Source: Gemmatales bacterium
GTDB taxonomy: Bacteria; Planctomycetota; Planctomycetia; Gemmatales; HRBIN36
Length of the DNA stretch: 64,000 nt
Assembly: GCA_046350055.1 (NCBI GenBank)
Contig: JAXMBC010000001.1
Span: 510,660-574,659 of the forward strand
Reading direction: 5' to 3'
Both the position numbers and the translations under genes were made by a program. This document shows, piece after piece, positions 1-8,573 of the stretch; positions within the stretch are counted from its first letter, which is position 1, and every line of letters begins with the position of its first letter. The notes beneath the pieces were generated by a model, which saw only the letters and a list, made by a program, of their open reading frames with translations, did not search any database and was not told the origin of the DNA.

Positions 1-94
1 CAAGCAATTCATGCATGGCGTGCCCAGTGGAAGGACCCCTTATCCCGAGCAACAATTGCCCAGCAGTGGATGAAGTACTTTTAGGGGTGCAGCT

Positions 95-871
95 ATGGAA
101 CCGATTACGATTTTGACGCCTGTCTACCTGGATCGACCAGAACGCTTAGCGTATCTGCAAACCACCCTCCGTTCGTTTTATCAGTGCTGCCAGTATCCTG
201 GTCCATTTAGTCACTATCTGGTCGATGATCGTTCTCCGTTCTTTGCCAAGGAATTGAGGGAGCTATGTGAGCAGTACGACATTCGGCATTTGGGGAGAAC
301 TGACCCCAAGACTCGTCGCGGATTCTTTGAAGTCTTTCGATGGCTTCTGTCCACCGTGAAGACCGAGTTCTTTCTGTATTTGGAGCCAGATCATTACTTC
401 TACCTGCCAGGGGATTTCCTGAGCCCAATACTGAAGCTGTTTGCTCAGGTGCCAGATCTCGTGGGGGTCTACTTGCGTGCACCCATGACTTTGGAACGGT
501 TCAAGCTCGTGGGCGAACAGTTAATCACCATGGACAACAATCAACTGGATCGCCACACGATTGATGAAGCGAATACCGGCTGGCTGGGACGCGGTTATCA
601 ACATGAAGGGTTCTCCCTGATGCCGACACTGTGGCGAACCCAGCCGCTCCAGGAGTATTTCCTGCGGGAAGGATTCTGGCTCGATGTTCCCACTCCCTAT
701 GAACTGGAGTTCCAGGTGGACCACGACTGGTTCCGCCATCCTCGCCTGATGGGTTACCTGAACGCACAGGCTTTTAGTTATCACATCGGTCAAACGGGTG
801 GCATGGGTGGAGGGCACACGTTTCCACGCAACACACAATATGAAGAGGTTTGGAGCTCGAAAATCTTATGA
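95..871 (+). CDS. Glycosyltransferase family 2-like protein
   Basis: 258-aa ORF. The N-terminal 'ITILTPVYLDRPERL...YLVDDRS' resembles the GT-A/GT2 start (beta strand followed by an acidic DD motif). The family call is by motif only. Confidence 0.5.
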   Translation: MEPITILTPVYLDRPERLAYLQTTLRSFYQCCQYPGPFSHYLVDDRSPFFAKELRELCEQYDIRHLGRTDPKTRRGFFEVFRWLLSTVKTEFFLYLEPDHYFYLPGDFLSPILKLFAQVPDLVGVYLRAPMTLERFKLVGEQLITMDNNQLDRHTIDEANTGWLGRGYQHEGFSLMPTLWRTQPLQEYFLREGFWLDVPTPYELEFQVDHDWFRHPRLMGYLNAQAFSYHIGQTGGMGGGHTFPRNTQYEEVWSSKIL

Positions 872-953
872 TGAGCCGGGTTACGCTGTTGCATTAATTG
901 CTCAAATCTACGTGCTGAGCAGTTGAAACAGCTTGCAGCTTGATTTGAGTAAC

Positions 954-3900
954 TGGATAATCCCGAGAGTGCAAGAATTAAGAAGCTTGAGCTGAAGTTG
1001 AGTTCAGGCGAACGATGCGCCCCGTTCTCCGGTGGGAGTCATCGCAATGTATCAATGTGTCGTGACGGAAGATACACTTCCACGCTCGGGGACGGTGACG
1101 ATGGGTGGCGGGAGTCCCACTCCGCCCGCACTCGGTTCATCCGATGGTTGCCAGGGAAGTGGCTGCTGTAGTCCTGGTGGCACGAATATTGTTATTGGTG
1201 ATCAGCCTCCGTTCTGGCACGGCGGGACAATGCCAGGCTCCGGCGGTTCTGGCCATGGTGGTTCAGGCGGAGGAGGTGGTTGTGGCTGCGGAGGGAGTTG
1301 CGGAGGCGGGTGTGGTTGTGGCGGTAGTTGCGGTTGCGGCATTTCTGCTCCTGCCATCCCACGTCCGGGGCTTACCCTTCCCGCGCCGATCACCGTGGCT
1401 GACACGATCCAGGACTCGTCGGTCTTTCCTCGCGCCTCCTTCTCTTCGCCAGCCCTGAATACGCTGCAAGCTCAATTCAGTGAGTTGAGCAAAGATGCCG
1501 GGCACAGTCTGGGAGAGTACAACGGGCATGTCGGGGCCTTCCCTGTGGTGGAACCCGTTTCCGGCACGCTCTATGCCATGCTGACTCCACCGGTAGGTGG
1601 GTTGTTTGACCCCTTCCCCCAGTTCTTCTATGCCGGCAAATCGCCTGCTGCTTCGACCTATGGTTACGGTTGGAATTGCACTTGGGATCGCACGTTGGTC
1701 ATGGTCAGTTCCACGGTCGTCAATGTCGTGGTGGCCAGTGGCACTTCATTTGTATTCAGCGGCAAAGATGTCAGCGGTTATTACTCTCCAGCCAGTGGGC
1801 TTTCAAGCAGCGTGCAGGAATCAGGCAGCGGCTGGAATGAAGTCACCGATACAGGAACGAAGTACCGTTACGATAGCTCCGGTCTGCTCAAGTATGTGGC
1901 CAATGGCTCGGATACACGCTGGACCGTGACCCGTGATGGCGGCGGTCGGATCAACTTCATCACCGATCCGTTCCTGCGCCGCACCAGTTTTGCCTATGAC
2001 GGTTCGAACAAGATCAGACGGCTGACTGATCCAGCCAACCGCATCACCAGCTTCGTGGTCGATGGCTCCGGGGACTTGACCAAGTTCACCCGGCCTGATG
2101 GCAATCGCACCACGATGGCCTACGATGGCAACCATCGCCTGACAGGCTGGAATCCCCTGGGCGGGCCTCGCTATACCCTGGCGTATGATGGCTCAACCGG
2201 GAAGGCTACCTCGCTGCTTTGGCCTCTGGGGGGACGGGTCAGTCTCACTTATCGCTACAAGTTCGGAACTATCCCTGTCGGCACGGTCATCTCCGATGCA
2301 CATTACCTGCGTACCACGCTGACCTATACCAATGGCGTGCTGGGATCAGTACGCAATCCTTTGGCTCAGATCTGCACGTTTACTTATTCCAATGGGTTTT
2401 TAGCCAGTTACACCAATCCCCTGTTGTCAGCCTGGGTAGTAGGCAATCAATCCAACGTCACCTATGGTCGTCGAGCACTCAGCTTCGCGCCTCCACCCCT
2501 GGTGTTCCCCCCTCCGGAGGATAATTACTTTGTCGGGGTGAACAGCTCGGGCCAGTCTACTTCCATAGTCGATGCCAATGGGAACAGCACGCTGTTCCGG
2601 TACGATGGCAACAAGAACCGGATTGCCTCTATCGATCCACAGAGCCGGAGAAACACCTACCTTTACAACAGCCGCGGACAACTGGCGGGCATCCTGAATC
2701 CTCTGCTGTTCCGTAGCACGTACCTTTACGATTCGGTGGGTCGGCTGCAGGCCTGGCTCAATCCGGCCAACCAGCGGTACAGCTTCGGCTATGATGCCTA
2801 CAGCCAGGTGAACTGGCACAGTACTCCGGCAGGCACACGGACCACCTACCTGCGCGACATCGTAGGCCGGGTGCAATCGGTGATCGATCCGCTGCGTCGT
2901 CGGACGAGCTACGTGTTTGACGCCGGAGTCCGGGTTTCGTCCGTGATCAACCCGCTGAACTTCCGCGTGTCATATCTGTTTGATGCAGCAGGACGAACGG
3001 TCGCAAAGATAGATGAACTCGGGGCACGCACCACAGCCGTGTACGATCATGGCGAGGATCATCCTTACCGCATGGTCGATCCGATGGGACGGATCACGAC
3101 CAGTGTCTTTGACAATGCTCATCGCAAGATCGCGAGCATCAATCCGTTGAGCTTCCGCAATACGACGGTTTATGATGCTGCAGGAAATCCGATTGCCAAG
3201 GTTGATCCCTTGCTGCGGCGGACGACCACGATCTATGACGAGCGGAATCGGGTGAAGGCCCAGATCAATGGCTTGAACTTCCGCACCAGCTACCTCTACG
3301 ACAACTCAGATCGTCTCACGGCGGTGGTGAATGCGCTCAACCAGCGCACCACCACGATTTATGACACGCTGTTCAATCCCGTAGCCCGGGTGAATGCCCT
3401 GGGCTTCCGCACGACCACGGTCTATGACCGTGCCAATCAGCCTGTCTCCATGATCAGCCCGCTGTTGCAGCGGAACACCATGGTGTACGATGGCTCTGGG
3501 CGGGTGAAGGCGACCATCAACCCGCTCAACTTCCGCACCAGTTACCTCTACGACAGTGAAGGTCGGCAGAGCGTGGTGGTTGATCCGCTCCAGCGGCGGA
3601 ACACGACCGTGTTTAACACGGCAGGCCAGGTGATTGCCCAAGTCGATGGCCTGGGGCGACGCAACAGCATGATCTATGATGCCGCTGGCCGCAGCTTGGC
3701 GACCATCAATCCCATGCTGCAACGGAACACCAGCGTCTACGATGCGGCCAACCGGGTGATCGCCGGGATCAATCCGCTCAACTTCCGCAGCACCACCGTG
3801 TACAACGCAGTGGGGCAGACCGTGGCCAGGATCGATCCTCTGGGACGGCGTGGCACCATGGTGTATGACGCCGGTGGTCGTGACGTGGCCAGCATCAATC

Positions 3901-5180
3901 CGCTGAACTTCCGCAACACCACGGTCTACAACGCAACCGATGAAACGGTGGCGAGTGTGGATCCGCTGCTGCGGCGCAGCAGTATGGTTTATGACACTGC
4001 CGGGCAGATGAAGGCGAGCATCAGTCCACTGCTCAATCGAACCACGATGATCTACGATTTCCTGGGTCGTCAGGTGGCGGTGCGGAACGCGCTCAACTAC
4101 CGCACGACCACGGTGTATGACATGGCGGGAAGAACCGTGGCAATGGTGGATGCCCTCGCAAATCGCAGCACCACGGTCTATGACAGCGCCGATCGTTCGG
4201 TGGCAATGATCAATCCGTTACTGTTTAGAACGACGAACATCTACGACGTGGCCAACCGCACCGTGGCGGTGCGGAATGCACTCAACAATCGGACGAGCTT
4301 CGTTTACGATGCCGCGAACCAGCAGCGGCGGATGACCAACGCTCTGGCGAATAGCACCACCCAGCTTTACGATGCTGCTGGTCAAACAATTGCCACCATC
4401 AACCCGCTACTCTTCCGCACGAGCTATCTTTATGATGGTGTAGGCCGGCAGCTCGCGGTGCGTGATGCGAACAACAATCGCACCACGACGATCTATGATG
4501 TGGCCGGTCGCAATGTGGCCTCTCTGAATGCCCTGAACATCCGGGTGACCACGGTCTATGATCGGGCCAGCCAGCGCATCGGACTGGTCGATGGCCGGGC
4601 CAATCGCACCAGCTTCGCCTACGATGCCAACGGGCGGCAAGTTTACGTCATGGATGCCTTGCTCCGCCGCACCACTTACGGGTATGATAGCGCCAGTCAG
4701 CAGACACTCCGCATCGATGGCCGGAGTCTGAGAACCACCTACGCCTACGATGCCGAGGGCAAGACCACCGGCTGGAAGTATCAGGACCAAACCCGCGCCA
4801 CCCAGGTCTACGACGCCGTGGGACAACGCGCCAAGATACAGGACTGGACGGGACGCTACACGTACAGCTGCGATGCCGTGGGCCGGACGCTACTGGCTTC
4901 GGATAGCTTCGCCAAGCGGATCACGTATGAGTACGATGCCGTGGGGCAGCGGGTGAGGATGCGGGAACCTGATGGCGGCCGATTTACCTACTGGTATGAT
5001 GGCGTGGGCCAGATCACGAGGTTGCTCAATCCCTTCCAAGAAAACACTACGTTTGCTTATGATGTAGCTGGTAGGCGGACGATGCAGAAACTCGCCAATC
5101 GTGTGCGGGCCAGTTACAGTTACGATGCAGCTGATCGGCTCACGACGCTGGCAAACGTGCGGGCGGATGGCACGTATGTG
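954..5180. repeat. Left arm of a ~4.2-kb inverted repeat (rhs promoter, 5' UTR and core)
   Basis: It is the reverse complement of ~19600-23830. Homology starts at 'tggataatcccgagag' (954 / 23830). There are no amino-acid differences between ~1650 and ~3920, and the antisense ORF translations are identical (2427-2876 vs 21908-22357; 1821-2135 vs 22649-22963). Identity is roughly 85-90% from 3920 to ~5180, then the arms diverge. The inner end is approximate. Confidence 0.85.
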
Positions 5181-6611
5181 TCAAGGTATGATTACGCTTA
5201 CGACAACACAATGAATAAGACGCGAGTCATTGAGGCCAATGGTGACCGGGTGACTTGGAGCCATGATAAGACATACCAACTGACAAGGGAAAGAAGAAGT
5301 GGGGCGAATGCTTATGACATAACCTATACCTATGATGCCGCACAGAATAGACGAATGATGATCGATTCGAATGCCAGGACGACGTATACCTGCGATTCCG
5401 TCAATCAACTTAACTGGCTGCATGATGACACGGGGAAGACGACGTTCAGCTATGATAAAAACGGAAACCAAACACTTGAACGAACTCCAGCGGGTAACAG
5501 CAACACCTATGTATGGGATGGTGACAATCGACCTATTACATACAAGACAGTTTCTGCTGTAACGACTTTTGTGTATGATTTCAATGGCCGTAATATCGCA
5601 CTAAACGATTACCATACCACTTACGATTTAACCACGGTGTTATCATCTTTAAATACATCTACAGACGAGATTGCCCTGTATACTAGCGACCGCGCCCTGC
5701 TCAGTGAATTTGGAAATGCGAGCCGCTACTACACTGGAGATGGATTCAATAATGCAACGGCACTTGTCGATAGTTCGGCTACCATAAATAACTTGTACGT
5801 GTATGACTATTTCGGCAATGCCGTGCTTTCTCAAGAAGCCATAACTGCGTTTTATCGATTCTATGGACTGCACGGAGCCTATACTGTAAGCGACGCTAAT
5901 ATTATGTTCGGTTATAACATTTCCTACAATAATGTTTTATCATATATACTCAATCGCCAAGAAGACAAGATGCAAATGTGCAATAAGGCTATGGATAATG
6001 TACTGAGTTCCAAATGGCTGCAACATCTATTGAAGTCAACGAAATGCCCCTTGCCACCAATGAGGTGTGCAAGCAAAGGAGCAGATTCAAGGTGTAACAA
6101 TATAATGTTTGGCGGCGGATTTGATGGCAGAGTCATTACGATATGTTATGATAATCATGAATCTCAATCTAGCATGGAGTACGCTATGCGGCATGAGTTA
6201 ATTCACTACTTTGATTTATGCACAAAGTATACTGAAAAGAAATATCGTTCAAAATGTTTGCGGCATGCATGCGGTGAGATATTAGCTTATTGGCTATCCG
6301 GAGAGTGCTCATGCCCGCCTAAGCAGATCCCACGAACAACAGAGTCAGACTGTGTACTAGCCTATGGAAGCGGAAGTGTGCTTGAATCTAAGCCATGCAG
6401 TTTTAAGGATATGCCGCGATTGCCAGGCATTGATACTGAAAAAAATGGAATACCCTATGCGCTCTGTTGCGTATGGCTCGAATGCGCAACTCAAAACCCA
6501 ATACACTCAAGATTGCCTATGCCACAATTCTGTCGAGATTTCTTTGACAATCTAATTCATGCTACTACGTTTTGCGAGCTACTTGCTAACGGTCGAGGCG
6601 ATAGCAAATGA
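1047..6611 (+). CDS. RHS/YD-repeat polymorphic toxin with a C-terminal HExxH (ATP23/peptidase M76-like) tip
   Basis: The ORF runs from ATG 1047 (GGGAG 9 nt upstream); the ORF track starts at GTG 1032. It has a Gly/Cys low-complexity N-terminus and dozens of YD repeats ('RTTxVYDxxGR'). The core-end region reads 'RYYTGD...YVYDYFGN'. The AT-rich tip contains 'GGGFDGRVITICYDN...MRHELIHYFDLC'. Confidence 0.9.
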   Translation: MYQCVVTEDTLPRSGTVTMGGGSPTPPALGSSDGCQGSGCCSPGGTNIVIGDQPPFWHGGTMPGSGGSGHGGSGGGGGCGCGGSCGGGCGCGGSCGCGISAPAIPRPGLTLPAPITVADTIQDSSVFPRASFSSPALNTLQAQFSELSKDAGHSLGEYNGHVGAFPVVEPVSGTLYAMLTPPVGGLFDPFPQFFYAGKSPAASTYGYGWNCTWDRTLVMVSSTVVNVVVASGTSFVFSGKDVSGYYSPASGLSSSVQESGSGWNEVTDTGTKYRYDSSGLLKYVANGSDTRWTVTRDGGGRINFITDPFLRRTSFAYDGSNKIRRLTDPANRITSFVVDGSGDLTKFTRPDGNRTTMAYDGNHRLTGWNPLGGPRYTLAYDGSTGKATSLLWPLGGRVSLTYRYKFGTIPVGTVISDAHYLRTTLTYTNGVLGSVRNPLAQICTFTYSNGFLASYTNPLLSAWVVGNQSNVTYGRRALSFAPPPLVFPPPEDNYFVGVNSSGQSTSIVDANGNSTLFRYDGNKNRIASIDPQSRRNTYLYNSRGQLAGILNPLLFRSTYLYDSVGRLQAWLNPANQRYSFGYDAYSQVNWHSTPAGTRTTYLRDIVGRVQSVIDPLRRRTSYVFDAGVRVSSVINPLNFRVSYLFDAAGRTVAKIDELGARTTAVYDHGEDHPYRMVDPMGRITTSVFDNAHRKIASINPLSFRNTTVYDAAGNPIAKVDPLLRRTTTIYDERNRVKAQINGLNFRTSYLYDNSDRLTAVVNALNQRTTTIYDTLFNPVARVNALGFRTTTVYDRANQPVSMISPLLQRNTMVYDGSGRVKATINPLNFRTSYLYDSEGRQSVVVDPLQRRNTTVFNTAGQVIAQVDGLGRRNSMIYDAAGRSLATINPMLQRNTSVYDAANRVIAGINPLNFRSTTVYNAVGQTVARIDPLGRRGTMVYDAGGRDVASINPLNFRNTTVYNATDETVASVDPLLRRSSMVYDTAGQMKASISPLLNRTTMIYDFLGRQVAVRNALNYRTTTVYDMAGRTVAMVDALANRSTTVYDSADRSVAMINPLLFRTTNIYDVANRTVAVRNALNNRTSFVYDAANQQRRMTNALANSTTQLYDAAGQTIATINPLLFRTSYLYDGVGRQLAVRDANNNRTTTIYDVAGRNVASLNALNIRVTTVYDRASQRIGLVDGRANRTSFAYDANGRQVYVMDALLRRTTYGYDSASQQTLRIDGRSLRTTYAYDAEGKTTGWKYQDQTRATQVYDAVGQRAKIQDWTGRYTYSCDAVGRTLLASDSFAKRITYEYDAVGQRVRMREPDGGRFTYWYDGVGQITRLLNPFQENTTFAYDVAGRRTMQKLANRVRASYSYDAADRLTTLANVRADGTYVSRYDYAYDNTMNKTRVIEANGDRVTWSHDKTYQLTRERRSGANAYDITYTYDAAQNRRMMIDSNARTTYTCDSVNQLNWLHDDTGKTTFSYDKNGNQTLERTPAGNSNTYVWDGDNRPITYKTVSAVTTFVYDFNGRNIALNDYHTTYDLTTVLSSLNTSTDEIALYTSDRALLSEFGNASRYYTGDGFNNATALVDSSATINNLYVYDYFGNAVLSQEAITAFYRFYGLHGAYTVSDANIMFGYNISYNNVLSYILNRQEDKMQMCNKAMDNVLSSKWLQHLLKSTKCPLPPMRCASKGADSRCNNIMFGGGFDGRVITICYDNHESQSSMEYAMRHELIHYFDLCTKYTEKKYRSKCLRHACGEILAYWLSGECSCPPKQIPRTTESDCVLAYGSGSVLESKPCSFKDMPRLPGIDTEKNGIPYALCCVWLECATQNPIHSRLPMPQFCRDFFDNLIHATTFCELLANGRGDSK

Positions 6612-6630
6612 CCCTTGGTGGAGGAAAGCA

Positions 6631-7113
6631 ATGAGTGCCGCTGTTCTTGCAATCTCTCTTTTATGCAATGCGCTATTTGCATTTACACTGGCGTATAAAG
6701 GTGATGTTGTGCTAGTTAAAATAAGATCTATACACGTATACAAGGCATTTGCGACATATGATATTACTCTGTATAGTTATTCAAATAGAGATATGCATAT
6801 ACATTATCATGAGATAGGCATAGCGATTGAAAAATCTTGTAATCTCAGTAAGCAGGAAATAATGAGTAATAATGAAGCGTCCGTTAGGTACATGCATTCT
6901 AAAATAAGAACACCAGTATCTCTAACAAATGGGGAATGCAAGAATATGCTTGTTACACTACATGTCGCCTATGATATCCAGCAAAAGCTTGGTATGAAGG
7001 GCTACATCATTGCCGATATTGTTGGGAGTACTCCCGCGATGAGCCTAAAGAGCCATGATCGTGCATTGCTCTATGGCATCGGGACTGCAAAAGTAACTGT
7101 CATGTCAAAGTGA
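6631..7113 (+). CDS. Putative cognate immunity protein of rhs1 (small membrane protein)
   Basis: ATG 6631 is preceded by GGAGGA and lies 20 nt after the rhs1 stop. The N-terminal stretch 'AAVLAISLLCNALFAFTLAY' is hydrophobic. The gene is AT-rich like the toxin tip. The immunity role is inferred from position only. Confidence 0.5.
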   Translation: MSAAVLAISLLCNALFAFTLAYKGDVVLVKIRSIHVYKAFATYDITLYSYSNRDMHIHYHEIGIAIEKSCNLSKQEIMSNNEASVRYMHSKIRTPVSLTNGECKNMLVTLHVAYDIQQKLGMKGYIIADIVGSTPAMSLKSHDRALLYGIGTAKVTVMSK

Positions 7114-7211
7114 ACACACTTCCATGCCTAAATAGCGCCCTGTCCAGCCGAAAGTGTTCTGAGTTTGCGAGGCACGAAGGCGTAGAGTGTGGGTTCAATC
7201 AAACAGTATCA

Positions 7212-7545
7212 TTTAGTTCAATCTCGACCGTTCCAGGGCATCATTTAGAGTCGTAGTGGTTGTCGTATTGTTTGGTAAAGTCACGGGAGGCACTGACCTA
7301 GGGGTTGGTGCCTTGTTCATTTTTATGTGACACAGGAGGGAGCAATGCGACGGTGGCTTGAGTTGACAACCGGGTATCTGGCAGCGTGCCAGGCACGAGG
7401 GATGTGTGAGGAACGTCGTAAGGCAACAAGAAGAGAGCTGGAACGGCTTGGATCGTGGCTCTTGACAACCCGGTCCACGCTTGCCCTGGAGGAGATCGAT
7501 ACAGAGCTTCTGGTGAACTTCATTCGCAGTCGTTCCGTGTTCAAG
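7212..7545 (+). mobile_element. Truncated recombinase-in-trio (RIT) element: terminal sequence plus the 5' part of the first recombinase gene
   Basis: 7212-7345 matches the reverse complement of 53031-53165 ('tttagttcaatctcg...ggtaaagtcacgg.aggcactgacctaggggttggtgcc'). Homology stops at 7545, where a Mu-like transposon terminus begins. Confidence 0.7.
7345..7545 (+). pseudogene. Tyrosine recombinase (first RIT gene), N-terminal 67-codon fragment
   Basis: 'MRRWLELTTGYLAACQARGMCEERRKATRRELERLGSWLLTTRSTLALEEIDTELLVNFIRSRSVFK' is nearly identical to the N-terminus of the 52092-53031 gene. It is cut after FK. Confidence 0.75.
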
Positions 7546-7715
7546 TGTCCCCGTCTTAATTCTGGTCGCACTCATTCCCAAATTAACTCTGTAACGAATC
7601 CGGCCTTCGAGAGGCCCGTTTCCTGAATTGTTGTGCAAACTGTAGACGGGGTGTACGACGGGGCTGGCCAGATGAGAAAAATGTATGGGGTTACGATACC
7701 ATTGGGTGGGCTGAA
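7546..7715 (+). repeat. Solo terminal segment of the Mu/Tn552-like transposon
   Basis: It starts 'tgtccccg' and aligns by eye with the terminus at 7976-8150 and, inverted, with 17453-17634. Confidence 0.6.
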
Positions 7716-7800
7716 GATAACGTTCTAAAAGGTTGCGCACATTCGTCGGGGCCTGGCGGCTCCGAGGGTAGTAGGACAGGAGTTCGAGGCACCTGTCAAT
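7716..7800 (+). repeat. IS256-like 5' leader fragment
   Basis: 'gataacgttc.aa..gttgcgcacattc..cggggcctggcggctccgagggtagtaggacaggagttcgaggca.ctgtcaat' matches the reverse complement of ~47105-47195, just upstream of the IS256-like transposase ATG. Confidence 0.5.
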
Positions 7801-8157
7801 GTGCGCCGTGGGAAGGTATCGGACTTCAGCAGGAAGAGAGTCCTGCCCGGCAACTGGGTCGTTCCAGCTGGTAGTAGTCGAAGTGACGAGGGAGGTAACA
7901 AGCTCGTTGAAGCCTTCGATGTAACGGTAATGCCTGGCATGATCAGCGAGGAGTCAGGCCGTAACGCGAGTGAACTGTCCCCGACCAAATTGTGGTCGCA
8001 CTCTTTCCCGAATTAAGGCTGTAGCGATTTCGGCCTGTCAGAGGCCCGATTCCCGAATTGCTGCGTAATCTGGAGGCGGGATGTACGACGCTGCTGGTCA
8101 GATGAAGAAGAGGAAGCATGGTGGTACGATGCTGGTAATTGGGTGGAAGAAGTAGTG

Positions 8158-8489
8158 TCACTCTTGCGATGCAGCGGAGGAGTCAGTGCACGGCAACCGG
8201 GAACGGTGCCGCTCGTACATCCGCACCAGGATGCTGACGGCGGATTTGAAGTCGTAGCCCATGGTGAGAGAAGCAGGTCGATGTTGTTGAGATTCTTCTT
8301 GCAGCCGAAGCAGTGGGCGAGGTTGTTGCGAGGGTTGACGGTGGCGAGCATTTCGCGGCACTGCGGACAGAGGAAGCGATAGCGTCCTTCGCTGCGTTTG
8401 GCAGGAGGGCCATCGGTGCCGAGGGCGGCGATGGTGACGGGCATGGGCAGATCGTTCCGGAGGTGACGTAGCAGTTCTCTGGTAATCAT
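8158..8489 (-). pseudogene. CHC2-type zinc-finger protein of the Mu-like element, frameshifted
   Basis: 'MITRELLRHLRNDLPMPVTIAALG...FLCPQCREMLATVNPRNNLAHCFGCKKNLNNIDLLL' changes frame near 8270. The tail 'MGYDFKSAVSILVRMYERHRSRL' lies in the 8158-8577 frame. The intact homologue is at 29737-30063. Confidence 0.6.
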
Positions 8490-8573
8490 GGGATGCAGGT
8501 GGTGGAATGAGGCTGATGAGTGAGGGCTCGAACGAAGTGGGCGAAGCGAGAACACTTCGCCCACCGGTGATGA

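Noticed and set aside
1-84. Open frame entering the window and ending at TAG 82-84 ('...AQWKDPLSRATIAQQWMKYF')
   Set aside because: Only 27 codons are visible, too few to support a call or a product.
1202-1405. Pro-rich ORFs (also 23217-23582) and apparent tandem DNA repeats in the Gly/Cys region
   Set aside because: They are the antisense translation of the GGx/TGY codon run that encodes the Gly/Cys N-terminus. This is not a CRISPR array or a separate gene, because there are no spacer-like unique segments.
7801-7975. Possible IS256 right-end fragment completing a MITE-like derivative with 7716-7800
   Set aside because: I could not find matching sequence elsewhere in the window or any transposase-like translation, so it is left unassigned.
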